Part shown: positions 34,811 to 47,784 of the stretch, piece after piece
Numbering within the stretch: position 1 is the stretch's first letter
Layout: the number at the start of each line of letters is the position of its first letter
Assembly: GCF_018977255.1 (NCBI RefSeq)
Contig: NW_024704746.1
Coordinates: 20,956,001-21,020,000 of the forward strand
Length of the DNA stretch: 64,000 bases
From: Callorhinchus milii
Taxonomy: Eukaryota
Direction: 5' to 3'
Made by a program: the position numbers and the translations under genes
The notes under the pieces: model-generated
The model's input: the letters and a program-made list of their open reading frames with translations, nothing else
Database searches by the model: none
Told to the model about the DNA's origin: nothing

Positions 34811-37800
34811 ATGGCGGCGGTGCGGGAGCTGTCCTGCCTTTGCAACAGGGTCCTGGCGGTCAGGAGCCGCTGCCACCTGCCGCTGGGGCTCGGCCTGGTC
34901 TCCAGTCAACGCCGCACCTTCTCCATCTCGGCCGCTGTGACCGGAGCCCGTGACAGTCGGGAGCTGGAGAATAACCCGTATTACAGCAAGTACCAGGCGA
35001 GGCTCCGGGAGCTGAGGAGGTGAGAAGTGACGGGTAAAACACACCGCGGTTCGTCCCTTGAGATGGGTTTATGTTTGCCTTTCCACACGGGAGGGACGTT
35101 ACTCTCGACGTTTCCCGGACCCGGGGCCCGGCCTTTTAAGCGGCAGAATTCTGAGGCGTTTCGGATGGGAGGTGTTGAGGCGGCGCGGACTACCGCCCAC
35201 AGTCGCCCCTTTTCTCGTCCACCAAAGACAGCAGTGTCACAGGCCACGGGCCCGCGGTTGTCGAGGACAATTTTTGGATCCGCGCGAGGACCGCGGTTCC
35301 TCAGACGGAAAGGGGGCGCTTGACTGGATCAAGACGACAGTGGGTTGTGTATCCTGGAAGGATTCAGATATGGACCGCGCAGGAATTTGAATGCGTAATT
35401 TGATATAACGCCTTATCACGTCTTTGCGATGTCTCAAAGCGCGACACGGACTGGACAGATACTTGAGGAGGACAAATCCGCAGGAGTGGGAGTGGGATTC
35501 ATTTTAATTTCCAAGACACGATGAGACGAATGGCCTCCTGTGCTGTATGATTCTGGTATACCGTCAAGTGAATCTGTATGTGTTGTGGGCGAAACAAGAC
35601 TTTTAAGTGAACCGATGTTGAACATTTTATCTCGTGTAACAGTTCTGCTGGACACCGTTGCTTTCCTTTATTCACAACTGACTAAGCATTTGAAAGAATT
35701 TCAAGAAATACGATTCTCCGTTTACAGATATTTGCATTTTTACAGATATATGCACTTTTACTTCTTAGGACAAGACCAGATGATTACGAGGCCCGTGTAG
35801 CAAAGAAAGAAGAAATGAAGAGGCAACCATTAGGATATTCAAAACAAGCTGAGTTTATTAAGCAGATAGAGCAAGAGGCAAGAATCAGAATTTTCTGTAT
35901 TTGAAAGATACTATGACTGAACTGTTTAAAAAGTTTCCATCAATAGATTCTTGAATTAAATTCTCAAATGCATTCCTCTGAATGCTTAAACATTTTAAAC
36001 TAGTGCGGATGATGAGGTAATTGTCAGCATTTCCTGATCCTGACAACACGCTGAAGCAGCTTTTGGGTGCATAAAAATATTGTTGCAGTCATTGGAATGT
36101 TTTAAGTACTTATCTGCTCGCAATTGAATAAATGTTTTAAGTGCTTATCTGATCACATCCTGATGGTAAACTGTCAATGCTTTCATCACACTCGCTACAA
36201 TAAATTTACTTAATCTGCAAATCAAAACTGTCTTGGCTGCATAATCATTCTATTGCATGTGCAAACTGTTAATTTGTGTATTTGTTTCTTCCAGTCAAAA
36301 GGTTTTGGCAAAATGGCACAAGGAAATGGAAGTGGACAAGGACACTTCACTAAGGACAAGGTAGGTGGGATTTTTAATCTTCCGGATCTCTTCTATTCCA
36401 GGTAGTTGAGAGTGAGTCATTGGACCCGTTTTAATGGAAAAGAGAAGATATTCTTATGTTTGTAACTTGACATAAAATGTTCATCTTTAAATCACTCTAA
36501 ACCTTCTTTATGTAATGATTAGTTTTAAAAAATATCCTTGTGGATAATTTAATGTCCTGCAAGAAGAATGACACTGTTGATGTGATTTCAGAATAATATT
36601 GCCTTTGGATTGTCCAAAGAATAGATGTATTTTGTGGTGATTGAATGTCCTGGAGGTCTAAACCCAATCTAGTTATTCAAAGTTTTTATTTTCATATCTT
36701 TCTTATGCCCATGTTGAAAGGAAGCAAAATGCTTTCCAGAAGTGGGACAGTCATCCTATGTGAACTTTCTAACTGTTGATTAAAGAGCAGAATTGGCAAA
36801 CACCTTGATTCAGGTCAACCTGCTCACTGCTTCAAACAAAACAGTGGACATTTCAAAGAAGGAAAGGGTACATTTTGGAACAAATGTGAGAAACCAGCTT
36901 GTATTTAATCCTGTGTAAAAGTATCTAATACTTGTTGAATCATTTTTCTTATTTCTTCTTTAGACTCTTCATTCAATACTGAACCTGGATATGATAAAAG
37001 AAAAAACTCCAAGTGAAATAAATCAGGTGAATGTTTAATGTAATAGAAGTCATTCAAAAGCAAATCTAGCGGTTTGTGGGATATTGCTGGGTACACAATT
37101 GGCTGCCGTGTTCGCCGACAGAACACACAATCACTACACTTTACATTATATCCTGTGAAACACTTTGGGACGTCTTCCCAGCTTGAAGGGCTCTCTACCA
37201 AATATAAAGAATATTACTACTGTGTTATTAAGTCTCCAAACATTATATCAGAATATCATTTTTTGTGATTCATCATTCACTAGCAAGCTTTGCTTTTGTT
37301 GTTCAAGTGAAGTTTACACAATCTGAAAATTATTCACCCCTTTAACCTCATTGTATTTATTATGAAGTATTTTTAAAACCGGATAAGAACCCTGAGCTGT
37401 ATTTTGCATTTTGTGAGCAGATTGACGAAAATAATCTAGCCTAGTTTTATTGTGTATTATTTTAAATTGATCAGATATCTAATATTTCTTCTAAGTGAAG
37501 AACAAAGTGTGCTGCTTTTACATTATGGAACCCGTGGAACAAACTGCAAGGATTGAGATGTATACATGAATATCAGACAACTTTGCTCCAGGACTTTTTC
37601 TCCAGTTTCACTTCCATTATTTCAGTAGTAGCGGAATGTCAATGTGTCTTTCCTTTTTTCATTCTGTAAGCGGAGGCAGCTTGTGGTGGGGCAGTGATCT
37701 ATCAATTTAGAAAGGGGTCCATGGACACTTGGCACTGACATTTCGTTGCTTTTCATTATGAGTTGCCGATGGAGGTGGGCTTGCCTCTGCAGACACTTAT

Positions 37801-40318
37801 AATGTAAATGCGCGATTACACTATTCGTGTGAACTGAAAAGTTAGTTGTGTGTTCATGGATTCAACTGTTGAAAAGTATCCGTTTTTGACCTAGAAGTGT
37901 ACTTCATTTTCTCTATTATGTAATCTTATTTCAGATTTGGAATCAATATTTTGCCCAGAAGAATACTATCTCTGCAGTAATTCCTGTGAGTGGCTTTTAT
38001 AAGACATATTTGATCAATTTGATTTTAGCATTTATAACTTTTAAAATTACTTTTTTTAAATAATATTATAATTTTCTTCCTCAAGGGGGCGAAGTTTGAT
38101 CTGATGCGTAGCAGAGGACAGAACTGCCCTACTGTAAGTAACGTGTGTGTGGAGGGCAAACCCATTGTTAACATGGTTGGCTGCTTCCATTTATTGTGTT
38201 AGGGTTAGCAGCCCTCTAAGAAGGGAGCAACCACAAGTGTAAGCCAACGGTTATTTATCTCACTATTCTGTTTCAGTTCCTGTATGCTTTGCCAAGGGAA
38301 GCAGGCTACGAGTTCTTTGTGGGTCAGTGGTCTGGAACTCAGCTTCACTTTTCTTCACTAATAAATATTCAGGTATGTGTCTATTGGAAAGGATATGGAA
38401 GGTAATACAGTTGAACATTGTTATAAGTCAGTAATTGGAATCCGTAAAATTCCAACGCGATGTATGTCCAGCTGCTGATCAGCTCTTGCCTGTTGGCGTC
38501 ACTCCACACAGTGTGACCGCTTGTGCATGCAGAAGCGTGGCCAGTTCCATTGGTGCACATTGCACTTTGAAATCAAGTCATCACGCTTCATATTCCATTG
38601 TTTTGATGCGTTAAATGGGATTTCATGTACTTACACTAAATCCCTTTTAACGCATCAGTACAATGGAACGTGCAATCTTGGGATTTGGGATATTTAGGTA
38701 AGAAAATCTCGGTCCAGAACCCATTTGCAAACTGCACATCAGGATCTGAAGCTCATAAGTGTACACTCCAGTGCAGGAACCTGAGTGAAGAGTTGTACAC
38801 TAACTTGTCCTTTAAATTTATTATGTGGAGTGTTATTTTAACAAGACAGTGTGATAATGGAAATGCTTTCTTAAAATATCCATAGAATTACTTCATGCAA
38901 AAACAATTCTTGTGATGCAGTAAAAATGAAACCACATTCAGAAAGCAGTTAAAGGCGTCCTATCGTATTTGTGTTGCTGAAAACTCCTTTTTTTTGTTTT
39001 AAAAAAAACTGTATTCTCAACATGTCTAATTAGTTTCTTATATCTTTCTCTCCCAAAATAATTCTTTCATTTTGCAGTCTCTGGGTCAGAATGCACCAAG
39101 CCAGCTGATAATATATCATTACCCTGAGCTTCAAAAGGAAAAGGACATTGTTCTTCTTACTGCAGAGATAGACACTCAATTTCTGGTAAGGATTTTTTTT
39201 CTTTTCCTATACAGTAGTGGATTTGTGGAATAAATTCCAATGAAAAAGGTCTGGAATGTTGATTAACATTATAATAAGCCATTTTAGATCTTTTTTTTAA
39301 AATAAGTTAAATCAGCATGACAGATGCTGTAACAAATTATTCATAATAAAAAAAAATTGTAAACGGAAAACCGAGTTGAATTTTAAAAAGAATCAACATT
39401 AAAAAATGTGAGCTTACAGTGCTACGTGTAAGCACTAAAGAAATTTTGAATTGAATATGACTGCTCTTGAGGTTTTAGTTACAGTCTTGCTGTACTGCCT
39501 GATTTTAATATTGATCTCCCACAGAGGGTGCTGTAAGCTTTGTTGCAGAACCACGCAACATGAGCCTCAATTACATGGCAATTTGTAGGTGGTTAAACAG
39601 ATGTCGGCTGTCTGGAATTGTAGGCAATTACTAGCTATGAGGCATTGCTTAAATGTAGCTGTTAGTGACTTGCCCCGTTCTTTACTTTCTTGCCTGAAAG
39701 TACTGAGTCCATCCCAATCCGTCAGGTGGAGTGGCAATTCAGTATACTCGACAGGGCAGAGAATTTGTTTACCCATGTTCACGGCAAATTAGTGAGTAGT
39801 GCAAGTTTTTTTGGAGGGAAATTTAGGAATCATCTATCAGAAATTTGGAGATACAAATATGAAAACTGCAGTAGACTGCTGTGTCTAATAACTGACGTGT
39901 GATTGGTAATCAGTCTATGCGTAGCTGCCTAGGTTTCATACACGAGCAAGTTCATTTGCATTGATGATACAAGTGGAGCTGACTGATAAGTTGGGCACTC
40001 TTATAGGGGAAGTAGCCTGACAAGGAAGGAAGAAAGCCGAAAGATAGTTTCTAGGTTATCATTTTAATTTGTAGCCACCTATGTAGATAAAGTTACTTAT
40101 AGAAATTTGCTTGTGACTTTTTTTTATAGGGCACGCATGAGGCACAGTGTTTGGCAAATCAAGCAGAGCTCTTCTATGGTACAGATTGCCAGGAAATCTT
40201 CAATCTGGTTAAGACTTTCAACCACAAACCTAATGAATTCAAACACACTTCAGTCATTGCAGAGATCGAACGGCTTGGATTTGGAGGCATGATATTGAAA
40301 CAAAACTCAGAGGCTTAA
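34811..40318 (+). CDS. ATPAF1: ATP synthase mitochondrial F1 complex assembly factor 1 (ATP11 family; 9 coding exons, 312 aa)
   Basis: Exons 34811-35019, 35769-35877, 36295-36360, 36964-37026, 37935-37985, 38086-38133, 38277-38372, 39078-39185, 40130-40318 (939 nt). Arg-rich presequence; [11 protein letters not shown]; [18 protein letters not shown]; [22 protein letters not shown]. Intron 35878-36294 is GC-AG. Confidence 0.95.
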
Positions 40319-40559
40319 GAGTTGTGTAATCTAATGGAAAAACACAGAGGACTCTGGGACCTGTATCTGCCAGCCAAAAAGGACACGGTGCTTGAACCTT
40401 ATGGTGTGATTTGATACCATGCTGGACAGTTTCTTCACTCCGAACACTTTGCAATTCTGTGTGATCCAAGGTTAGGTTTCCCATTAACCCATTGCCGTAC
40501 CCAATGCTCCTTCATTGATAATTTGTCCATCTCCAAATACCCAGAATATTTTCAAAATA

Positions 40560-40690
40560 CAAAATACTGTAGATGCTGGAAATCTGAAACAAAAGCAGAA
40601 GTTGCTGGGAATACTCAGCAGGTCAGGCAGCATCTATGGAAAAAGGAAAGTGAGTCAACGTTTCGAGTCCACAACCCTTCGTCAGAATAT
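40560..40690. mobile_element. Penelope-type terminal repeat fragment common in cartilaginous fish
   Basis: AAATACTGTAGATGCTGGAAATCTGAAACAAAAGCAGAA...CTCAGCAGGTCAGGCAGCATCT...AACGTTTC...GTCAGAA; family recognised from memory. Confidence 0.55.
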
Positions 40691-41371
40691 TTTGCTGAGT
40701 GGAGTTGTTGTAGAAAGGGTGGGTATTTGAAGTACAAAAACAACTTAGAGTGTCAGTTGTCTATGCTCAGTTTCAATGGCAAAATTAAATATTTTAGCAT
40801 ATTAGCAGATCATTATTTATGAAAATAAAGTGACATGATTGGCAAATCAATGTTAATCCCCATCAAACTTCAAGTTATCGAGTAAACCTAAGGTAAGCCA
40901 AATGTATAAATGCTCTCCAGTGCAGCTGTATCAAGTACCATAAAGCTTTGAGAAAGAAGATTTTTTTATTTACCCCCAACCTTCCCTGCCTTGTGGTAAA
41001 GTTACTTGGCTTCTGTCCAATAATTTCATCCAAAACCAAACGACATTTGGGAAATTACAAGCAAATTGTGAACCATGTGCCTTTGTACCCATGATGCTAA
41101 CTATTAATGTCATTTGTTGCCTTTGAGAATCCCACATTTTAACAATCTTAATTGAAAAATGTTATTGTTGGAATGATCCTCTGATATTCACTGGAATGTT
41201 TGACTTTTTTAAAAAAAAACTAGCAGCCATACTCTCCAGCTTTGGTATTTTGAGTTACAACTTGTATTTATTGTATCATTTTTTAAATATGTACTTAGAA
41301 AACATTAGAGGGGAAAAAATTAAGAATTTATTTCCAATTTACTACTTTCGTTAATTGTTAATTTATTTTAG

Positions 41372-41710
41372 CTGTCTGCCTGGCTCAGTTGGTAGCACAC
41401 TTGCCTCTGAGTTGGTGGCCGTTGGTTCAAGCCCATGGCAGGACTTTGAGCTCAATCTAGGCTGGAGGAGCACTGCATTGTCGTTCATCAGGTGAATTGT
41501 TAAATCAGTGTGTCGGCTGCCTGTTCACGAGGACTTTAAAAATCTATTCTCGAAAAGAGAAGGAAGTTTCTGCTGATGTTCTGGTCTGAAATACCCCAAA
41601 TAAAATTAATCATTCACCTCATGGCTGTTTATGGGACACTGCTAGACACATATTGGCTGCTGAGTTTGCCTACAAATACACAGTCACTTCACAGGGAAAT
41701 CTTGTAAAGT
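41372..41710 (+). mobile_element. Old DeuSINE (SacSINE1-like) with tRNA head; a related head fragment lies at about 10103-10200
   Basis: GCCTGGCTCAGTTGGTAGCACACTTGCCTCTGAG...GGTTCAAGCCC head, then a degenerate Deu domain. Confidence 0.6.
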
Positions 41711-43047
41711 GACCCATAGATGTATTGTTAGCAAACAACATAAAATGTTAAGGTTAGGCCCTAAAACATCAAGACTCTTGTTAATTAAATACCTAACCAA
41801 GTGAACATCATAGTTGTGTCAAGGAAAGTCAAACTCATTAATGGCATTTTGTGTAGATAGTTTCAAAAAGGAAGTAGACAAGTTCCTGAAAATTAAAATG
41901 ATTGAGGATTATTAGTTAATGAGGGATATGTTGAAATAATCTTTTAGATGAATAGGCAAGATGGCCAATGGTCCACTCCTGCCTGAAAGAGTTGCTGTTT
42001 TACTATATTTGCTGCAAAAGAGTGTTATCGCAGAACAGAGTTATAGTGTAGTGTCACACTTAATAATGTGTTTTCTAGGTTCGATCAAAAGGCCACTCTC
42101 ATGAGTGTATAATGGAGTGCTCTCTCATGATCGACAAGGATGCTGTTGCAGAAAGTACCAAAAGAGCATGAGGAACCGGTTATCAACCTCTTGAATTTTG
42201 ATGGCACTGATCACTACATAACAATTTACTACCCGTTTTCTACATTTTCATTCTCTAGGTATATCCTAATAATAGAGGATATTGAGGTAAAAAAGGAAGA
42301 AAAATCATCCCATAGCATTTTAAAATCTCAGCAATATTAACCTTGCCAGCTTAGAGTAAGGACTGTTGGTAACAATAGACCAAGTGAGTACAGCGATGAC
42401 TCCAAAAAAAATAATCAGGACTGCAGGGTGACTCATCTCCAATTATTTGATCACACTCTCAAGAACTCTTAACCTCTGGATGTTTCTTTGTATTTGAGAG
42501 GGAATCAAGATAATCCCTCCATTTACATAGAATTTCAAGGCTTCCCTTATGGGCAGTAGCCTAGATTCCAAGCAGATCATTAAATTCAACAGAAATCTCA
42601 AGTTCCTTTTGAAACCCTTTCACACATTCATGGTCCTGCAGTGAGTGCACCTCAACTTTCCCCCATTTGTTTAAAAGCAAGATTTTTAAAAAAATTGAGA
42701 AAAGGTTTGTGCAAACTAATTGGGAAAAAATAGATTACAATACCTGAATTGGAACAATTGTGCACAATTGGTGTGATACTATTCAACATGATTTACATCA
42801 CTGCTTTTTTTTGTAAACCAGTTTTGCTAAGCATGACTTAATTGAAAATGGTGTCCCTAAGCAAATTTTCCAAATTTAAGAATAGATTTCTATGCTCCAA
42901 TCCTCTATGCTGAATGCTAGAGAACCCATAGTTTTTTTGCATGCATAGCCAGATACAGTATACAATTATTGTACAGGTAATTTTCATCTGAATACCATCA
43001 CCTATACATGTACAGTGTACGGTGCAGTGTGGTTCATTTGTGTGGGG

Positions 43048-43355
43048 ATAACAATAATAATCCTTGCATTTGATATAGTACTTTTCACGTCTTCTCGATG
43101 TCTCAAAGCGCTTCACAGAATAGACTGTAAAGTGAATTGACCGTATATTTGTGGGCGAAATGCAGCAGCCAATTGCGCACAGCAGTGTCCCACAAACAGT
43201 CGTGGATTGAAAATGACCAATTTATTATTTTGCGGTTTTTGGAGGGAATATTATTAGGAGTGTGGAGTAAGGAAACTTGCCTAAGTATTCGCCCTGCTTG
43301 GACCCAGGTGTCTCGCTTGCAAGGCGAGTGCTCTAACACTGAGCTACAGGACTCC
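43048..43355 (-). mobile_element. Near full-length tRNA-derived SINE
   Basis: Same family, with small deletions in the head. Confidence 0.9.
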
Positions 43356-43359
43356 ACAA

Positions 43360-43830
43360 TGAGGGGTTTGCACCTGAGTTGGGGGTTGGGATCAGAGAGG
43401 GTGGAGGGCAGGGGATTGGAGTGGGAGAATGATCAAAGAGGAAGGTTTTGAGATGGGCTGTGAAGGAGGAGAGGGCGATGGATTCCAGAGGATGGGGGGC
43501 AGAGAGGAGAGAGGCTGAGGGCCTGACCGTCGATCACCAGGAATCACAGGTGAAACATAATCTGTACACTAACAAAAACAAATTACATTTGTATCTCGTC
43601 TTTCACGTTAGGAGGACGTTCCAAGGTGCTATGCAATCAAGGATTTGCACCTGAGCTGGGGGCTGGGATCAGAAGGGGTGAAGGACAGAGAGGATGGGAG
43701 CAGAAGCTTGATCGAAGGTTCAGTCGAGGAGGGGGGTCTTGAGACGGGCCTTGAAGGAAGCATGGGAGGGGGAGAAGCAAAGGGACTGAGGTGGAGTTCA
43801 GTAACAGTTCTTGAACCTAGCCATTAGTAG
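43360..43830 (-). mobile_element. Two degenerate L2 3'-end fragments (similar pieces at about 15660-15900, 28595-28740, 51300-51495)
   Basis: Purine-rich reverse complement of the L2 3' region, with an (AAC)n tail at about 43570. Confidence 0.6.
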
Positions 43831-43929
43831 TCTTTAACTCATTTGTAAGTACAGAAACTTACAATTATAGGACACTGCAGCAGTACTCCTTTCCATTTTT
43901 CCTTGCAAATGAATATGAAAGAAAGGAGG

Positions 43930-44355
43930 TAACATTGAACAAATTTCAGTTCTGAAGAGAGACTTGAGAAGTTATGACTTTTTCACGAGAACTGAAAGCT
44001 TAAGGAGTGATTGGTTAAAAGTCAAAGGGTAAATTGTAATAGTAATTATTTTCATTAGCAAGTGAGTAATGAGCAAAATTTAAGTAACAAAATAAAGCTG
44101 ATGTTAATAATAAAAATTATTTATACAGCGGGTGATGGGAATGTGGAATTTTCAACCACATACCTATTGATGCAGGTTTCTATAAATTATTTTAAAAAGT
44201 GAATCTGATAGATGCATCAAAAGAATATTAAAGGGAATGGGAAATTAACAGGAGAATAGGATTGGATAAGGTGATTCATGTGTAGAAAAAACAATGTGAC
44301 TTGATGGGCTGAATGTCGTGTTTCTAAGCTGCAGCGTTCTATGATGCTATGATTG
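43930..44355 (+). mobile_element. CR1 LINE 3' fragment
   Basis: Ends GATGGGCTGAATG...TTCTATGATGCTATGATT, the CR1 3' signature. Confidence 0.65.
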
Positions 44356-46899
44356 AATCTTCCTTTAGTTTATCTACCATTCTGCCTACCATTCCCCTGT
44401 TGAATAGGTAGACAAGTTCCTCCAGGTTTCTGTAACGCTGCTCTGTTTAGACATGAAAACAAATTCATTCCCCACCCTCACCATGAGCAAGCAGTACTAT
44501 AATTGTCTTCCCCCTCAAACCCTGCAGCTTCATCATGTTTAAATGTATAGTAAATTAAATACTATATTTTCATTGAACTTTTTAAAATTGCACCAAACGA
44601 GTCTGAGTTATGACTGTCCAGACACTACTTTTTTTTATTGTTCTCCAAGACTAGGAAGGTACTAAACCAGCAAGCAGTTTCCTTCCAAATGCCACAAAGA
44701 CATAATTAAGTAGGAAATAAACAATTTAAGCAAACTAATGAATATTAACAGCTGTTCAGTTGAATACATTCAGACATTTTTTTTGTCTGCACACAAGACT
44801 GAACTTTTGTTGCCATTGGTACCAAGAGAACAATATTTCTATTATCTTTTCGTTGTTCATTTCTGTCTCCTTAATGTATCTCCTTTTAGGTTTTGATATA
44901 TGTTTAATCTTCCTGCAGATTTAACAAAATCTCTCTGCTGTAATTAGAGGTTTATATGTTCAATGGGTTTCCATCTTGCAAAGCTTCTAATCAGTGGTCA
45001 TTGCTGAGTCCGTGTCTTGAGTTTGTAGATAATTCCCTTTGTTAATAAGCCAACTTTGCGATTGATCACTTTCATACTACTGTTAATTGGCGATTCACTT
45101 TAAAGGAGAGTTCGGGTCTTGACATAATTTGACATAAAACATTAATTTTGTATTAATTTTTTGCCTACCTTTGTTCTCATCTGTCTTCCTATAAGCAAGT
45201 CCCTTTCCCTGACATTATGCACCACTGCACCATCCTAAGGCACCCATTATGTGATATCAACATGGTGAGCCTGCACATCAAAAGTAACAACATGACATCC
45301 TGATTTTAACAGTTCATTGCTTGGTGAAACATAATGAATCTACAATTTAGATTAGATTTTGTTTTAGAAAGCTGGAAGCAAGTTCTTGTTTGGATCATTA
45401 AAAAAAACTGCCAGTTTGCTGGGGAATCCCATTCAGTCACAGAGAAGCTGTGAAATGGTGACGCTCACTCCATATTTTCAAGCACAATGACTTACAGTGC
45501 ACAGTGAGCTCAGGAAGGAAGTACAAAAAGTAATTTTAGAATTGGTGAAATAAACTCCTTCGAACATCCTGCCAGAATATATAGACAGATAGTTAAGTGG
45601 GTTGGGTTACAGTAAGAGAGATGGACAGATCTAGATTTATTTAGAGCATTCCGAGTGACTTAAATGACTTTGGAGAGAATTTGTTTAAACTGCTTTATTC
45701 TACTTGGAACCAAAAGTACTTACTTACTACCTCCAACACTCAATGTGTGCACTGGTGCCATAAGCAGATACTCCTGTAAGGATGGAGTTATAACAAATGT
45801 GGTGAAAAAGAATTGCAACAAATCTAGAGAAACATCCTATTTGTCGGAATAGATATATTATGGACAGACAGTCCTTAAATATTCCAGAAGCATTTAAGAG
45901 TTTGCCAGATTTAAGATAATGAATCTAGGAATTTCAACATACTGCAGCTTCTTTCCCGTTGCTGTAGTCTGCAAGGTTTTCTGATTGAAAGTTTGCTGCT
46001 AAAAGTTAGGGAGATGAGAAGTGTGGTAGAAAAGGATGCAGCCTCCAACTTGCCTCTTTATTGAAAGGTTCTCAATGTGTGATAAACAGCTTCTGAAGGG
46101 TTTATTTATAGCCTCTGCTGTTTTCAACAGCTCATTATTGAGAACAGCTCAGTGGTTTAATGTTACGAGCATGATTTAAAGGACATTGCCATTATGAAAG
46201 AGTACTTTGTTTATAACTCAAAGCAAGCTGAAAAGCATTACCATAGTACTTGCCCGTGAAGTTATGCATCTTTGCTCTGTCCCTAATGTAAGGTTGGTCC
46301 AACACTTTCACGAAGATATTGTTCCTTTTTTAAAAAAATGTTGAATTTTGAGTTACATTTGCAGGGTTGAGATCTTTCTACTGTACAGTACCAGCAAAGT
46401 ATCTTAATCTCAGAGGAAGATCATTTCTTGAAAGAGTGTGAAGAGTCCACCAAAAATGTTTTAAAACTAAATCTTCTGTAATTCAAAACATTACAGATGA
46501 ATCTTACATGAATAATATAATAATAAAAATCCTTGCATTTGATATAGCACTTTTCACGTCGGGAGGACATCCCAAAGCGCTTCACAGAACACACTGTAAA
46601 GTGAATTGACTGTATATTCGTGGGCGAATGAATGCTGATATCAGTTTATAAAGGTTAAGGGGACGCACTGGGGGAGAGCTGATAGTGGCTCATAGTATTC
46701 CTTGGGTGTGCACACTTCTTATCACTGATGTTCCTGGGATTGATCTGCTTAAAGTCCTATCATAAGTGACCACTGAGGGTATTATCTCCGCATCAAGTCC
46801 ACTGTACTGTTTTAGCAGCTGAAATGAATGAAGTTTGCCAACACGAATATTGCCCAGTGTGTTGGAAATGCATTGGTCAAGCAATTAATGTACATGAGC

Positions 46900-47344
46900 A
46901 GAGAGAGCACACAGTTCCCAGCACTTCCTACGATAGTGAAGTCCTTTTCAATGTAGTTGCACAAACGCAGGGGGCTGTCTCTTTAATAAAATAAACGAAA
47001 AAAAAGGAGCAGCTGTGATCAGGGGCTGTCTCTTTAATAAAATAAACCAAAAAAAAGGAGCAGCTGTGATCAGGGGCTGTCTCAGGATGTGACATCAAAT
47101 ACAGGAAAGCATGAGAGAAGCCTTAGCACTTTCTGTAAAGCCTCCAACCCCTCATGGTCCTTCTTCCCAGCCCTGAGAAAAGTGTTGGCGATTGTGTCTG
47201 TAAGAGTGGAAAACACCAAACTAACTGTCAGATTGAGACACTAACAATGTGACTTCCCTTCCCTTCAGCTGTAGATTCCTGTGGCAACTGCAAAGATTGT
47301 GTGTGTGCCTTCAGAAGACAAAGCACTTATATACGGTGTGTGGG
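46900..47344 (+). other. Candidate non-coding first exon / promoter of MOB3C
   Basis: Strong donor GGG|GTAAGT at 47345, upstream of the acceptor at 52213 that opens the ATG exon. No CpG island; start site unknown. Confidence 0.35.
46971..47083. repeat. 51-bp tandem repeat, about 2.2 copies
   Basis: GGGGCTGTCTCTTTAATAAAATAAAC...GGAGCAGCTGTGATCA repeated. Confidence 0.9.
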
Positions 47345-47490
47345 GTAAGTGCTAAAGTTTTACATTGTTTGAGATTCTCTTTCCAAACATTCTTGAATGG
47401 CGAGTCTTCTTGGCTTCGTTGATCTTCTTTTTAAAAAAAATGCTCTTGTATTTCTTCTTTTTTCATATTTCTTATATTTTATTTGTATTT

Positions 47491-47784
47491 GGAGTCCTGT
47501 AGCTCAGTGGTTAGAACACTCGCTTTGCAAGTGAGAGACCTGAGTTCAATTCCAGGCAGAGGGCGAAACCTTGGGCAAGTTTCCTTACTCCACAGAGCCT
47601 AATAATAATCCCTCCAAAGGACAAAACAATAATAAATTGGTCATTTTCAATCCACGACTGTTTGTGGGACATTGCTGTGCGCAATTGGCTGCCGCGTTCG
47701 CCCACAAATATACAGTCAATTCACTTTACAGTATATTCTAGAAGACGTGAAAAGCACTATATCAAATGCAAGGATTATTATTAT
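47491..47784 (+). mobile_element. Near full-length young tRNA-derived SINE
   Basis: Same family, with a deletion in the 3' stem-loop. Confidence 0.9.
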
